DNA of 64,000 bases from Camelus ferus (lineage: Eukaryota), in contig NC_045696.1 of the NCBI RefSeq assembly GCF_009834535.1, positions 22,942,001 through 23,006,000 on the forward strand, written 5' to 3'. Both the position numbers and the translations under genes were made by a program. Of this stretch, positions 41,711 through 55,914 are shown piece by piece. Positions within the stretch are counted from its first letter, which is position 1, and each line of letters starts with the position of its first letter. A model generated the notes under the pieces. That model was not told the origin of the DNA, did no database searches, and saw only the letters and a program-made list of their open reading frames with translations.

Positions 41711-44700
41711 AAGTCAAAGCTGAAATGATCGTTAGACAAAAGAAAGGACTACTGGATTTGATGTCAAGGGGAGAAGACCCACATGTCCACACCAACTTTA
41801 CTTGGAAAAAGTAATGCTGCCTCAGCTTCATTCTTTCCTGGGCCTGCCGCTGGAAGTGCACATCACCCTGGCTACAAAGTGTGTTACGTGACTACGTCAT
41901 GGAATCAGAAAATGTCTTGGATCTTACAAAGATCAGCCTTACATTGTGCACTCCAGGATGATCAACAACCTTCAGAAGAGATATTCAGTAAGTGAACCTG
42001 TAGAATAAGACGAAGTTTGCATAAAAAGAAACATAGCATACCACAAAAGCACGAACCTAGAATTCTGAAATTTGGCCAGAATTAGTTCCACAACATTCAC
42101 TTATTCCACAAATAGCCATCACTGTAGGTCTACCTTGCACCAATCCCTCTGGGTACCACACCGATCAGACATAGTTTGCTACTTTTTGGAAATTCTCAGA
42201 CAACTAGGGAGGCAGATATTATACAATTAATTCCAAAAAAAGTAATTAATGAGTTTGAGCTTCAGTTTTCTTAGTTATTAAATGAGGATATTGGAGTAAA
42301 TGTCAAATTCTTCGTCATTCTTATTACCTATGACTGATATATATATATAAGTGATAAACCAAAAAACAGAAAAGGATCTAATGTCAATGAAGAAATAAGA
42401 GAGTGGAAATGCCAGTGCATGCAACTTAAACATAATCAATCATGTATAAATGTGAATATAGGGGATAAGCAGATCCTAAAGAATGAATGCAATTTTTCCA
42501 GCAATAAAAAGCAATTTAAAGACTCTTGGACAAAAAGAACAAAATCAGCAAAGACTTTCAAGTTCATTTTTACTTTATCACATTAGCTTCTACTCACTGC
42601 ATTCTTAGAAAGAAGCCATTTATAACCTAAGTTATGCTAGCTCATGTAATCCTACAGGAGCTCTATGCTGTATTATTGCCCCAGTTTTAGAAAAAACAAG
42701 TGAGACTTATAGAGATAGACCCCACAGCTACAAAATGGTAAGGCACATTTGTGCACTGGCTGCCTCATTCCAAAGCCGGTGCTTAAATGCCAGACAGCCT
42801 TCTGTTACAGAACACTGTCCCTGAGCCTCCTCTGAGCTGGAGCCCCAGGGTAGCTGAATATGAGGCCGTGCAAATGGGCAGGACTGGAAAGAGAGGGTGT
42901 CAGGAGACGGAGGGGTAGCCCGACACAGGTTTATGTTGGTACTTTGATAACATTCTTCCTGTCCTGTAGAGGAATTTAAACTGATTCTGTACACGAGATA
43001 ACACACTTTTACAAAACACACAATACTCTGAGGAGGAACTTACAGAGGTGAGGGAGCTTCAGGAGGTGAAAGAAAGCCATAGGCGTCAAGGAGGGTCAAT
43101 GTCAAATACTGTGACAACTGAGTAAAAAGCTCACTTCAATAGATGGGAGAATTTTAAAAAATCCAGTTACCTTCAAATATCCCATGGTTTGCTTCAAAAT
43201 AGCCATGGAAAACATATAACCAGTAATACCTATATTACTTTCTAATGTGTCATTAAACGGCTGGAAAATGATAACAACATTGGGCATTACCATTTACTCA
43301 TGCGTTTATTCATTTGAAAATATTTATGTAGTTACAACTACATGCTAATTTGGGGCAAACTCAAAAATAGAAAAATTACAGAATCATATAATCACAGAAC
43401 ACCACTGCATGACAAAGAACTATGTCTGGGGACAGAAAGGTTAAATAAATTTGTCAGTGTCAAAAAGCAAACTAGAAAGAGTCTGGGAATTAATGGAATT
43501 CTTAGCCCCAACCAAAGCCAGCTCTTCTAATAAATTTTATTCATAAATGATAATAAACTGTCTATCAGTTTAGTGAAAATGGGAGGAAGAAACATTTTCT
43601 GAAAGCCCACCATAAGCAGTTCAGCTAGATAATTTAAATTCTTATTTAATTCTTACAAAAAAACACCACTCTTTGGCCGTATGATCCCATATGGCAGAGG
43701 AAGAAGTTAATTCTCTGAAAAGATTGATTTAATGAAAGGACTGTGGTTCCAGCCTTGACTAGCAAGCGACTGTGTGACTTTGAAAACAATCTCCTGATCT
43801 TGTGTGCTTATGTCCTTCTGTATAAAGTAAAGGAAATGGCGCCAAGGGGACAGGACAAATTGCCTCATTAAATGAAAAGATTCATTGCGTGTGAACACGT
43901 GGACACGCATATGTATGCCTGGTGTGACTTGATGGTGACATTTTGAAAGTCTCCAGGTCTGTGATTCTCTGCCCAAGGTTGCCAGAATAGAAAAGAACTG
44001 AGGACTGATGAGTGTGGGGAGAAGACCCAGCTGGGAAGCTTGGCTCTGTTGGGGTCTGAGCAAAACTGGAAAGGCTGGGAGCTGTCGAGCTGGGGGCAGT
44101 TGGACGATCAGGAAGGAAGAAATCAGGCTGTGAAGAAGGGTGAGACGGTGGTGTGTACAAACACCGTGAGGGAGTCAGCATCACCCATCTCAAAGAGGCG
44201 CCATGTGAAACGTTCTGGATGTGCAGGGCAAACATAGACACAGCACAGGCTATGTGTAAAAGATTTATATTGTGATGGCAACTGGTGTTTGAAAAGCTAA
44301 CAAAGATTCTAAAGTAACTGATGGCAACAGATCATGTGAAAAGTAAGCAATGCTTTACATTAACTGAAAAATGAAATTGCTTTAACTAGAATGTTCATTT
44401 TCTGGAAAACTTTCCCTCCAGAGCTCTCAGAAAACAAACAAACAAAAAAACCAAACCAAACCAAAATCTGTCATAACTAATGCAAAGACCACTTAGAATA
44501 TCAGAGGATGCATCAGGTAATGTGGTTTTGACATTACCACAAATTTTTAATCCCCTGAATTTTGTGCAGATGTTATCAACTGGCTTCCATTTATTAAATA
44601 TCATTTGCTAAACTACTTTATTTAATCATGTGGAATAATACAGACTAATACTTAGTTTACATGACCCAAACATTCAAGAAAAAAGTTTGCCTCTAATTTT

Positions 44701-44870
44701 CTATCATTTTAATATAGATTATTACATTATTTTTGTATGCTTTTCCCTGATCTCTCGTAACATCAGTCTTATTCTAGTTGCTTTATTAGCTTCTTCATCC
44801 TTATTTAGTAAGAGTGGAACATACTTGGAGAAATGAGACCTGACATTTTATTATGGAAAATGCTACTAAA

Positions 44871-45038
44871 AAGAGTTACCACATAAAAATGTAGGTCGCC
44901 AAGTCAAATTTGAATTTCAGACAATGAAAACAGCATGAACTACTGAATACAGTGTTACTGAAAAACTATTCATTGTCCATCTAAAATTCAAACTTAACTG
45001 GGCATCCCATATTTTTCTTGCTAAGTCTGGCAGCCCTA
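44871..45038. mobile_element. MER53 palindromic DNA-transposon MITE
   Basis: AGTCAAATTTGAATTTCAGAC ... TCTAAAATTCAAACTTAACTGGGCATCC..TTGCTAAGTCTGGCAGCCCTA matches the MER53 layout with long inverted arms. Confidence 0.75.
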
Positions 45039-46764
45039 TATCTAAAGTCCATGCTTTGTAATGAAACTAACTAAAGAAAGAAAGAAGGTCTACGTTCCTC
45101 ACGTCCAACCATCATCCACCAAATCTAAAAACATCTATTCTGAAAGCCACAGCAGTTTCAAAATCGACCATGAAACAGTCAGCATTTGATAATGGGCAAG
45201 GTCACTCTCTCAGCTCCCCAAATCTCTGACACCAACTTAAAGGGAGTAACAGGTGCTTAGGGCCAAGGAGGCAAGGATGCTATTTCCTGGAGAGCATTTA
45301 GGCCCTCACCCAGGACCCCGGCAGGCCACGTGGCCTTTCTGTAGATTTGGGGGACATGGTCGGAGCAGTGGTTAGTGGGTGTCAGACCCTACAAGCATTC
45401 CTCATTGCACTTTAGATGCCTAGGTTGCTTCCTTCCTAGAAATTATCCTGTTTGGGAAACCATCCAGCCTGAAAAAAAGAGGGAAAAAGAACCATGTTTA
45501 AAAGCCTCACAAACATTTGAACTCAGTTCAAAAATCTCCTGTTATGTAAAATCAAAATTGATTGCAATAAAATTGCTGAATGAGCTTTCACTGGACTAGC
45601 ATGGTAAACTGAACTTGGTCTCTACAGATTAAAAAAAAAATCAACTTAATCATGAAACATAAAGCCCCACCCAATTTTCTGTGAGAAATGCTTGATGCAA
45701 ATCCATCTTATCACCCAGTCATGGTGCACGTGCCCTAGCTCCCACTGCCACGCTCGGCTTCATAAGAAGAAACCTGTTGGGAAGGAACTGCAGGACTGAC
45801 TTAGCTTCCTCTGGCATCACCTGCCCACGATGATGACCAAGATTAGCTAACTATTAATACATTAATTACACTGTAGCTAATATCTTCCAGTTTCTTATGA
45901 ACTGAAGTCTGCATTTCTGATCTGCTCTCATTAATTGATTTGATTCATTCAATAATTCATTCATTTATCTAGTAAATATAAGGTTCTTACTTTTGACATT
46001 TGGCTAGATCCAAGAAAGGAACTCATGAACAGTAATGGAAACAGACATTATGCCAACAGTTAAGCCATGGAAATAGCAGGATCGAAGAACACGAGAGAGA
46101 GAAGGGAAGAGAGAGAAGGAGACAGAGAGAAAGACACACACACATACACAGAGAAAGAGAGAGAGAAGGAGAGGTATTGAGAGTGACATCTTCTCTCTGG
46201 GAATGAATAGCTTGAGAATACCTTGCTGCTCCTCCTTCCCTGGAAGGCTGTTTACAAAATTGCCTGTAGTTAAGTTTAAAAGGGTTAATTTTCTATTTGT
46301 AAGAATGCCAATGCTGCCTTTTTCTTTTTTCACATTACATATTTTTATTTTCTCTAGAGTATAGAAGTGCTACATGAAGGGACTGTTACCCCTATTTTAC
46401 AGATGGGAAAACTAAGGCACTTAAACATCGTAGCACTTTATTTTACGTGCATAAAAACAGTAGTGACACATCGTTTTCAAAATAAGGATGAGACAAAAAG
46501 GAAAAAACTTAACTTCAGACATGTGAAGAGGGACTATTTCCTTTCTCAGAAGGGAAAGGTGAGACTTCTTGTCTACTGTGATCTGAAAGGGAGAAGACTG
46601 AAATGTGGTCTCCTCAAAGCAGCAAAGACACAATGTCTGGGAATCAATGGGGAGGACCCAGAGAAAAGCACCTCTTCCCCGTGTCTGCTGTGGCTGGCTC
46701 TGGTGGGGCAAACCCCACCGCACTCCAGAGGGATGCTTAATAGGTAGACACAACACTGCACCAT

Positions 46765-47010
46765 GTATAATGATGGCCATAGTGTTTTTCCTATAATCTA
46801 CTAGCACCATGCTTGCTACATGCCTCATACATATCATCTTTTAATCTTCACAAAAATCTCGCAGTACCAGTTTCGTAATTTTCACTTTACAGATGAAGAT
46901 CACGAAGCACTGATGAAAAGATCAGTTTTTGTAGTGGTGGGTGACTCAGACTTGTTATCAGCTCAGCTGTGTCTGACTCCAGAGCTGGAGGTCAATGTCC
47001 TTTTTACTGG
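46765..47010 (-). mobile_element. MIR SINE (another core at about 46370-46425)
   Basis: TTTAATCTTCACAAAAATC..CACTTTACAGATGAAGA..GTCTGACTCCAGAGC; also CCTATTTTACAGATGGGAAAACTAAGGCAC. Confidence 0.65.
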
Positions 47011-48007
47011 GGAAAGGGGAACAGTCAAAAACTGTGCTCTAAGTTTAGTGGGCAATGAAAGACCAAGCTATTTTGGAGTAGGGGTGACCTTTCTGAGGCC
47101 TTTGAAATCCTATTACAAAATGGAGGCCTTCCGGAATAGGTGACTATGCAGATGGAAAATCTGAATCACACTGAGGACTTTTTCAAACTACACCCACCTC
47201 CTGCCCCACTTCCCCCTCCCCCCTGCAGGTCCTCAAGCAACACAGTTAAGAACCACTGTTCTAAGAAGTCTTAAAAGTCAGAGCAAGGCAGGGAATCTTA
47301 AACAAGTGTCAAGCTACTAGTATTAGAAGAAGGGGAAGAAAAAGAAGGTTCCTCTGAGTCCCCAGATTATGTAAGGGACGATGTAGATACTCCCCAGATA
47401 TCAATAAACTAATCTCAAGCAGCCTGTGAATAAGGTTTATTGTACTTCTATATTTTGAAGACTTAAAACCAGAAGTAATTATTTACGTAATAAACAGAAA
47501 GATGCTGCTCAATGTTTCTCATTATCATTAAAAAAGTTTTTACCAAAATGAGCTGATAAATCCCTAGTTAAAAGTAAACGTATTTGCTGTTTTAAGGTAG
47601 GTGGCAACCTTGTATTATTCTTTTTTTTTTTTTTTCTTCAGAAAATCAGAAGTAGAAAAGAGCCCACGGAAATTTTGTTGTGTGGATCTCTAAACTGAAA
47701 GAAACACGAGTCTAAGAAATCTCTGGAAGCACAAAAAGAGCTGGTCAGCTCGACTAGTAAGCCTGCATTTTCACTGTAAGTGAAGTGCAGCAAATCTGCC
47801 TTTCGGACTTTTCCTGCGGGTGCCTTCTGCTTCCAACCTGCTGAGACTGTCACTGGAAGCATTATACCAAAGTAGCTAAAAATTAACTCCCTTGGTGTAA
47901 AACATATTTGCTCCAGACCTAGGATTTACCACTTATGTGATTGTAGGAAATTATATAAACCTCTGACTGTGGTTCTCTCACTTTCGAAAGAAGACTGACA
48001 CTGTTTA

Positions 48008-49895
48008 CAGTAGAAACCACCCTATTTGATGTGTTTGGGATCAGTAGTTGATGCATTAAACAAAAATACTAGTTAGAAAGGGAAACATAAATATACCTTA
48101 AAGTATAAATATTTTAATTTTTCTTAAAACATATGAAAGTATAATTTTCTAATTTTCCCCAGTATTTTCATGTGAGACAAGGCCTTTCATTGAGTACGGG
48201 GTTGGTGACGGTTTTTCCAGGTATCCCAAATTGTAGCCATAATGCACCACTTAATGGACCCGGTCCATTCATAAGCACGAATATATAAAGGCGCTGATAC
48301 TGGAAACTGAGGGATTATTTAATCTATATTTTTATGATTTTTTTGTAATAAATCACAGTTGAAAGTTCAACTTTAATATGACAGTGATTTTAGCTATTTA
48401 GTTTTATTGAATCCTCCCAAGAAATTAAGCTATTCTCTTTCTTGTCTCAACCATGGTCCATAGGTTGAGCTAATTAATTAGATTAAACATATACTATTAA
48501 TTAAATTACATACAAATTATATATTGTACAAAGTTTAAATTTTTAATATCAATTACGTATATAAACTATACAATTTGAAATATATATGTGAATGAATGGA
48601 TAGATAGATTTACAGTATTCATAAGAGACAGTTTACAGTTCTATCAAAATGTACTAATTAATTTCTGGCACTTTAAAAAGTATTAAGCAGTAATCAAGTG
48701 CAATTATTCTAAACTTTTTTTGGAAATCATGGACTCCCATGATAATCTGTCAAGAGCTAGGATATGAGACATGATGTCTTTACTTTCTAATTAGGTTTGT
48801 GTTGATCAAATGCTTCCGAAAAAAACTGCAAACCTCTGTAGTTTCGAATAGTTTGGCTTATTTCTTTTGATTAAAACTTTAAAATTCCATCAAACTAAAT
48901 CTATACTCAAATAGGAGCAAAATAAACAAATTAAAAACAAAATAAAAAATGAATTCTAAACCAATCTGAGTTTCCCAAGCAATTCTCCCCTTAACTTTAA
49001 ATGCAACTACAGAGAAAATACTCTTAACCATCTACTACTTTACAAATAATCTGACATTCTCAATTGATCCCCCAGCATGCTAAAAGCAAGTATGTTACTT
49101 TCTAGAGCTGCACTGTCCAATATACAGGCTACTAGCCATATGTAGCTATTTAAATTTACTAAAATTAACTGAATTTAAAATTCAGCTCTTCAGTCACACT
49201 AGCCACATTTTAAATACTCAGTAGCCACATATGACTAGTGGTTACTGTTTTAGACAGTACAGAGAACATTTCCATCACCTCAGAAAGTTCTAGAACAGCC
49301 AGGTAGGTACTTCTACTTTAACCAAGTGATTTGTATGCTTGCTGGCAGTGAGTTATGTTTGTTCCCAAACCAGTTTGTGCTAATTGGCTTAACATGAAGT
49401 TGTGTAATTTAATTAAATATTATATAAACAAATTTAAATATGAGTGTAAAAAGAGTGAGGGATGTTTTAAACCTGAAAATGTTGGAAAGACAATAAGCTT
49501 CAGTCACTTTAAAAAATACTATAGTTAAATATAAATAATGCAAAATTGGAAAAAATTGTAGAGAAAAATAAGAATCTGCTCTCAGATTTCTTTGTATTGG
49601 ATTTGCACTTTAAAGACATTTAAAAAGCAATCAAAATTAGAACTCACAGATGATGCATTATGGGATTTACAGAAAGAAAAGGTGACTAAGATCTACAATT
49701 AGTAACCCAAACTCAAAATAGTTCTTGTCTTACTGAAAGATACTGACAAATAAACACATAATCACGTTTTAAAATTTAAACAAAATGTGCATTGTGTGTA
49801 TGTATTAATTTTTAAGATCTGTTTCTTTAACAACCCTTGTGGATTTACTCGCCAACTACTGATCCCAATTGTATTAAACAAAAAATTTATACTAC
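48008..49895. mobile_element. Old TcMar-Tigger element with subterminal inverted repeats, interrupted by MER3
   Basis: TA|CAGTAG left end. Perfect 16-bp inverted repeat TTGGGATCAGTAGTTG (48035-48050) / CAACTACTGATCCCAA (49853-49868). Degenerate transposase-like stretch near 49440-49730 (..KLELTDDALW..). Confidence 0.6.
49108..49299 (-). mobile_element. MER3 hAT-Charlie element
   Basis: CTGCACTGTCCAATA..GCTACTAGCCATATGTAGCTATTTAAATTT..CACACTAGCCACATTT..GAACATTTCCATCACCTCAGAAAGTTCT. Confidence 0.8.
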
Positions 49896-52706
49896 GCCTA
49901 GCAAAATTGCAAACACATGCTTTCTTTATTACTATAAACTCAGTGTTTTCAAAAATTGATTGTGTCATTGCTATTTGCCAAATATAAATTCATTGGATTA
50001 AATTATATTGAAAAAATTATGGACAGGAATCTGACCTAATTCTAGATTTATGCATAACTGGTTTTTTAATTATAACACAAAATATAATTAACAATATTGT
50101 TACTTTACTCTTGAAGTCTACTCAGTTGCCTGAGTGTCTAAGATTTTATATGGAGATGAATGCACTTTATATGCAGATGAGTGTCTAAGACTTTGCATTC
50201 TCTCTAGTTAACCTTTTGATTTTTTTCTCACTTGAAAATGCTATCTATCCATCTAGCTATGGCATGAATTACTTGAGAAATAAGTACAAGAACATCATTT
50301 TGTAAATTGAGATTTAGATGCAAGTGAGAATCTACATAGTACTACTAGGACTACTACAATTTCTATTACTACGTTTCATTCATTAAAATAGCAACAAAAT
50401 AGCATTGTACTTGTTAGTTGTTGCTTGACCGATGAATATTTTTCATTAGACAATTATATTCAAGGAAATATTTAGATTATCATGGATCATACATGTCGTT
50501 TTGAAATAACAGCTTAAGCATGTAAGTGTGTAAGAATTTATCTTTTTTAATACCTTAGAATTACCCGATAGCATCATAGATACTATAAATTATCTAGTTC
50601 AATCATAAGAAAAGATGCTGTTCATTTCATCAAGAGAACAGATTTATTGCAATTTTGCTTTACTTTATGATACCTTCACAGCAAAGATAGAGAATTGGTT
50701 ACCTCTGGGGCCAAATATAGATTGACTGATGAAGTCATTTTGGAATATTTTGAAAGTGAGCTTGCCTTCTTTGGTCTACCATAGTCCTCATTCCTTCCTC
50801 TTGTCTGTAAATTTGGATTATTACCCTGCCTAGACCCAGAAATGATTTAAGTTCATGATCCTTGGTAAGGTGTTGTATGTAATATCTTACATATCTCACG
50901 GGGGCACAGGTAATTGAGTTCTGAAGCTGGACTTAGTAATGACTACCATTTCATATTAACGTCCATTCTCCCAAGCAACATAATGCTGAGAGGTTAACCA
51001 GTTCATAGTTCTTCCCTTCTTACTTAAGCTATGCCATTAACGGCTGGGCCCTACTCTTCTCCCCTGGAGAAGGATTCTGACAAGAGAGGAAATACCACAG
51101 TGGAACCAGAGGGTAAATTTTTCCCTATGCCTAGAAGAATAAGAGTGTACTGGTATTTGAAAAGAAAGAATTAAATGGATATGGAGTTGATTTTAAACAG
51201 TATTAATTATATATCTATCACAGTAGAATCTGAAGATAAATTAGTGTTATTTAAAGTCTTTTAGAAATAAAACCTTATTATCTAATTTCAATAAATAAAT
51301 TAATTAAAATTTGTTTAATAACATTATCCAAAAAGCTATTGATTACAAGCATGAAATATTTTTTCTTGGATAGAAAACTGGATTGTATAACTAGTGGGCT
51401 GACCCTTGCAAAATCATTGAACATTCTGGGCCTCAGTTTGGTCATCTGGAAAGTGGGCCAGTTGATTTTTAAGATTCTTGCTATTTATAAATCTAGATTT
51501 CATTTTTAATTTCAATTATATACTATTTAAGTGCCTAATAAGTAAAAGTATACATAAATTATACAGCTTACAACCTAACTTTACTACTTACTGTCTAAAC
51601 ATATTAAAAAAGCAGTGGGAAACACAAGACTGAATATGACTGGAGTTCAAGTAAGTGCTGCAAGAGTTCAGAGTGAAGAGCAACAAAGTCCGGATTTAAG
51701 AGGGATCAGGTCGATGCAGGGAGGAAGCACTGGCAGTTTATTTAACTTGCACATTCCACACAGCATAGAGCGAGGTTAAAAGTGAAGACACACACAAACA
51801 ACGCCAACTTAATAATTAAGAACCACCATGAAACAGACTTCTTAAAAGTTAAAAGTGATATTCCTAATTCCTCTTAAATTCTAAATTTTAAAAGTTTGAA
51901 GTTCACTTAAATATAGGATTGCTCCACGGTATCACGTGATGTTTTTGTTTCATTAAAAAAAATTCTATTTATTTACCAAAGGGTTCTTCAATTTATCCTA
52001 TAAGCTGAGCACTATGGTAAGAGTAAGTTTTGAAAAGACAGATATTTCTGAACTCAAGGGGCTTAGATTTATTATAAATAATAGAGATTAGTTTGTTTCA
52101 TAAATAACCTTCAATGGTATATCATAGGCTTAATTGAGACTGGCCTGTTAATCAAGATATTGTTTAAAAAATAAAAAAACTCCTCATCCTATAATGATAT
52201 ATTCTGGAGAGTCTAGAAGTACCTTACTGCTGAAGCACAGTTTATTTTAAGAACTGTGTAAGTTTGAGTGTCCATAAATGATCCAAAGTTCAACTAAATC
52301 CAACATTAAAAAAAAAAAGGATGTACACTGTAGGAGGTACAAAGGTCAGCCACAGTCCCTCACACAGGCACTTGGACTTATTCCTAATGGAAGTTAGAGA
52401 AAACCCTGTGGGAATAAAAGTTGCAAGGGCTATGAGGATTCAAGATGGAGAAAGTCTCCTTTAGAGAAAGAGCAAATGCTTTTGTGGATGAAGAGGTGAT
52501 ACACACGGATCTCAAATGTGGTATCAACTAGTAGCAGGTCTGCTTGGAAGTAAGTAGTAGTGGATGGTAGGAAGTGGTAAGCAAGTAAGAGAGAAATGCT
52601 CTTTTGATTATGTCAGAACCTCCACCTAATGATTTTCATGGGTGTTCCCTATGTGTCTTTCAGGTATAGTCAAGATCAGTAACCTCAAGGCTTATTCCTA
52701 TATTCT

Positions 52707-52788
52707 TGGGGGGGAGGGTATAAAGTGTGTGCTTAACAGGCACAAGGACCCTGGGTTCAATTCCCAGTACCTCCATTAAAAAAAAAAG
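52707..52788 (+). mobile_element. Camelid tRNA-derived SINE (Vic-1 type) with internal A-box deletion and 15-bp TSD
   Basis: GGGGAGGGTATA..GTGTGCTTAACAGGCACAAGGACCCTGGGTTCAATTCCCAGTACCTCCATT(A)n, with B-box GGTTCAATTCC. TSD TTATTCCTAYATTCT at 52692-52706 and 52789-52803. Confidence 0.85.
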
Positions 52789-55242
52789 TTATTCCTACAT
52801 TCTGTTGAAGAAAAACTAGGCACTAGTGTGAAATAATGCTCAAAGTAGCAGAATCCTGTATCACATCATTTGGGGGAATCTTGGGGAATCACCTAGGCTC
52901 ATGAGTCAGTGTTTGATAATAGGGAATGAGAGAAACAAAATGATTATTTACAGAAAGTGACTCATTTATTCTAATAACATAGTTCATGTACTGCTGAATT
53001 GTTTTCAAGAAGACTCAGTCCCATTGCCAAGTGATTTATCTGATTCCCTCATCGCTACTTTGGCCAATTTACTTCATAACATTATGAGGTAATATTATGG
53101 ACTAAATTAGATTTTTCTGGTAATGCCCAGTCAATTGCTTTGCAGTTGGTTTTCCTTTCCTCTCCTTTCCTTCTCCCTCCTCTTCTTTTCTCCCTCTTCC
53201 CTTCCTTCCTTCCCACTCTCACTCCTTCCTGCCTTATTCCACAAAGTGCTTAGGGTCCATCAGCCACTATGAATCTAAAGAGATATATATATACACACAC
53301 AACTTACTGTCCCCAAATGTCAAAAGATACATCAGTTAAGTATGATTTGCTGATATTTGTTTCCTAAATCTTCATACTTCCTTTGTTACCAAATTGGAAA
53401 ACTTGAAATAGAGTAAAACTTGACCACTTAAAATTCTTTTAGGAATTATTCAATCTGTATAGTTGTCCCCAAGTTGAATGCTAACTTTCTAAATGACGAT
53501 GTTTCCCCATGGTTTCTTGGACAATAATTTAATTATTTCTAGATACAGACACCAGCAGTGGCCCTGAATCTTAGTTTCTTCAAAAATAATCTTGTCAGTT
53601 TGTATACTAGTCATTTGCCATTTTTTCCACAGAAATATAGTATTTTAGATAACCCCATAGCTGGAGGGACAAAATTTACTATTAATCACTAGAGAATGCA
53701 TAATTGTCCCATGTGGTATTCTCACCCTACAGAGAAAATTTTTCTTTTCCTCACTGATGCTAATTATATCCTCTGCCTTTTAGACATCTGCAAAACTAAA
53801 ACAATGGATCATTGCTACATCTTTGTCACTTTTCAGCAATTTTTAAAAATAATACCAGTTCACTTTAGATAGGGTAGGTAAGAGATCACAATTCTATGCA
53901 TTTGTGCTAGTGTTTTTAGAAGATTATCCTTAAACCGCACATCATAGTTGACTTCTGCGATACACTTAACTCTATTGCACTGCATGCAAACAGGCATTTA
54001 TTGGCAATGGTTTTCTATTTGGCCCATCAACACGTACATGACTTGGTCTCCAAACCTATACACATAGCACTGGAATACACACAGATACATGCATATACAC
54101 ATACACACGCAAGGGGAGCTAGGCTCTCAAGGGTTAAACTATTCACAAAGATATAATTGTCTACCACTCAGTTGTCTGTTTCTTTCACTTGTCTCTTTCT
54201 CACTCTCTTGTCTGTGTCTCCTGCCCCTTGTTCATTATCTCTTGATTAGTTCTTGAAAAGACTTTTCTTTCTTAGAGACTACTAGTTTTTAACTTCTGTA
54301 CACCAGTCAAATAATTTTGCTTGAAATCACTGGTATTCAAGCCTTCTAAGGCTCACATGTTCCTCCTGTTGGTGATTCAAAAGTTCTTCCTTTCCCACAG
54401 TTGTTGGAAAATTCTAGATTCTGAGATATCGAGATGCCAGAGTGTTCTATAGAAAGTCCATCACCACATAGCCAGAATCTTACAGTTTTTAACATATATT
54501 TGTACCTAAAAATCTTTTCTTATGTATTCAATGTTACACGCTTGGAGTTTAAAGTTGTAACATCTACAACAATTAAATTCTGTGACTGAAAAATGATCTA
54601 TATAAACTAGCATCTCTATGTAAATTACACCATTCCCTGCAGCTGAAGTTGACACAAAGCTAATAGACTCCAAAGAGACTGATTTGCTTTGTACAAACAG
54701 CATACTGCAGGTGCCTTTCCTCCAAACAAAAATTTAATCCTCAAATTATAATTTGTATACTTATTTATTATTAATTTCTTGACATGTGTCTGGTTTAGTT
54801 GTTTCTGGTTTATTCAGGTACAGTTGTACAAAAATAAAGGGCAGAAGATAAGGAAAGCATACAGATTACAAAAAGCTGATTTATAAAATTGATGCTGAAA
54901 GGAAAACCATTTATTTGGAAATCAAGAACTTTAAAAAGTCAAAAGAAATAGCCATAACCTAAATGTAGTATTATAAACTGTAATGAACTTATTAATAAAA
55001 ATGAACGTGGTCCATTCTTTTCACTCCAGAAAAAAACAGCCCTAAATTTTAAATCATGTGTCTAGGAGGGCTAGACATACTCAACACAGTCAAAGAATAA
55101 GTCAGGTATATTACTGATGCACAGTAGTCTGTGAATTAAGTTTAGGCAAATTTTAGGACAAATAAAGCTTAGATTTATGACCACTGTTGTCATTCATTCC
55201 AATATTCGATAGAAAAATCATCAAAGAGTGAGATCTTCTACT

Positions 55243-55445
55243 CCATTCATTCATCTAATAAATAAATAGTTCTTATTATGTGTAAAGCATTGCAGGGGAT
55301 ACAATGAAAAATAAGGCATGGACTTTGCCCTCAAGGGGCTTACAGTCTAGTACGGAAAAAATAAACAAGCACACAGATAGCCATAACATACGGGAGAAAG
55401 TGATGTGTCATAAGAAGGACTTAAATAATGTGCTATGGAAGTCAC
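55243..55445 (-). mobile_element. L2 3' end remnant
   Basis: CATTCATTCA..TATGTGTAAAGCATTG..GGATACAATG..TGCCCTCAAGGGGCTTACAGTCTAGT. Confidence 0.7.
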
Positions 55446-55830
55446 TGACACTAACAGACTTTTTTTTTTTTTAACTATAGTGTCTAAGTAGCCAATAAAA
55501 ATAGAAAGGCCAATGATCAGTTTCCAAACTTAAGTGCCAAATTTTGTGAGTCTATGGATGATAAAAGCTGCAATATTAATGCAGTTGAAGTCGTTACTCA
55601 CCAGTTCTTAAAAATGTTTGATAGAGTAACAACCTATTAGAAATGCCATCTTGCCAGAGTTTACAAGTAGATGCAAATGGGATAATCTAATATGCATGGA
55701 TGAAAGAATAATTTTAATGCCCGAAAAGCTCAAATTAGCTATCCAAAATACTCATGACACATTACCTTCTTGCACAGAAATCGGCTCAATCAGATTAAAG
55801 TGATGAAGAATTCCTCGATGGCTCAAGTGT

Positions 55831-55914
55831 GCTCCAAGGAAAGCTAGAAGGTTGTACAGTTAACTCCCAGGGTGTAACTCTAAACCATACAACCTACTAC
55901 CTCAACCCGGATGC
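55831..55914 (-). ncRNA. MIRLET7C: pre-let-7c hairpin; mature 5p UGAGGUAGUAGGUUGUAUGGUU at 55883-55904, 3p CUGUACAACCUUCUAGCUUUCC at 55838-55859
   Basis: Reverse complement reads GCAUCCGGGUUGAGGUAGUAGGUUGUAUGGUUUAGAGUUACACCCUGGGAGUUAACUGUACAACCUUCUAGCUUUCCUUGGAGC (84 nt), the let-7c stem-loop. Confidence 0.99.

Noticed and set aside
46367..47143. Cluster of ORFs up to 138 aa
   Set aside because: They overlap MIR remnants, several use non-ATG starts, and no homology is recognised.
52707..52788. tRNA gene
   Set aside because: B-box only, no cloverleaf, and it has an A-tail and TSD, so it is a SINE.
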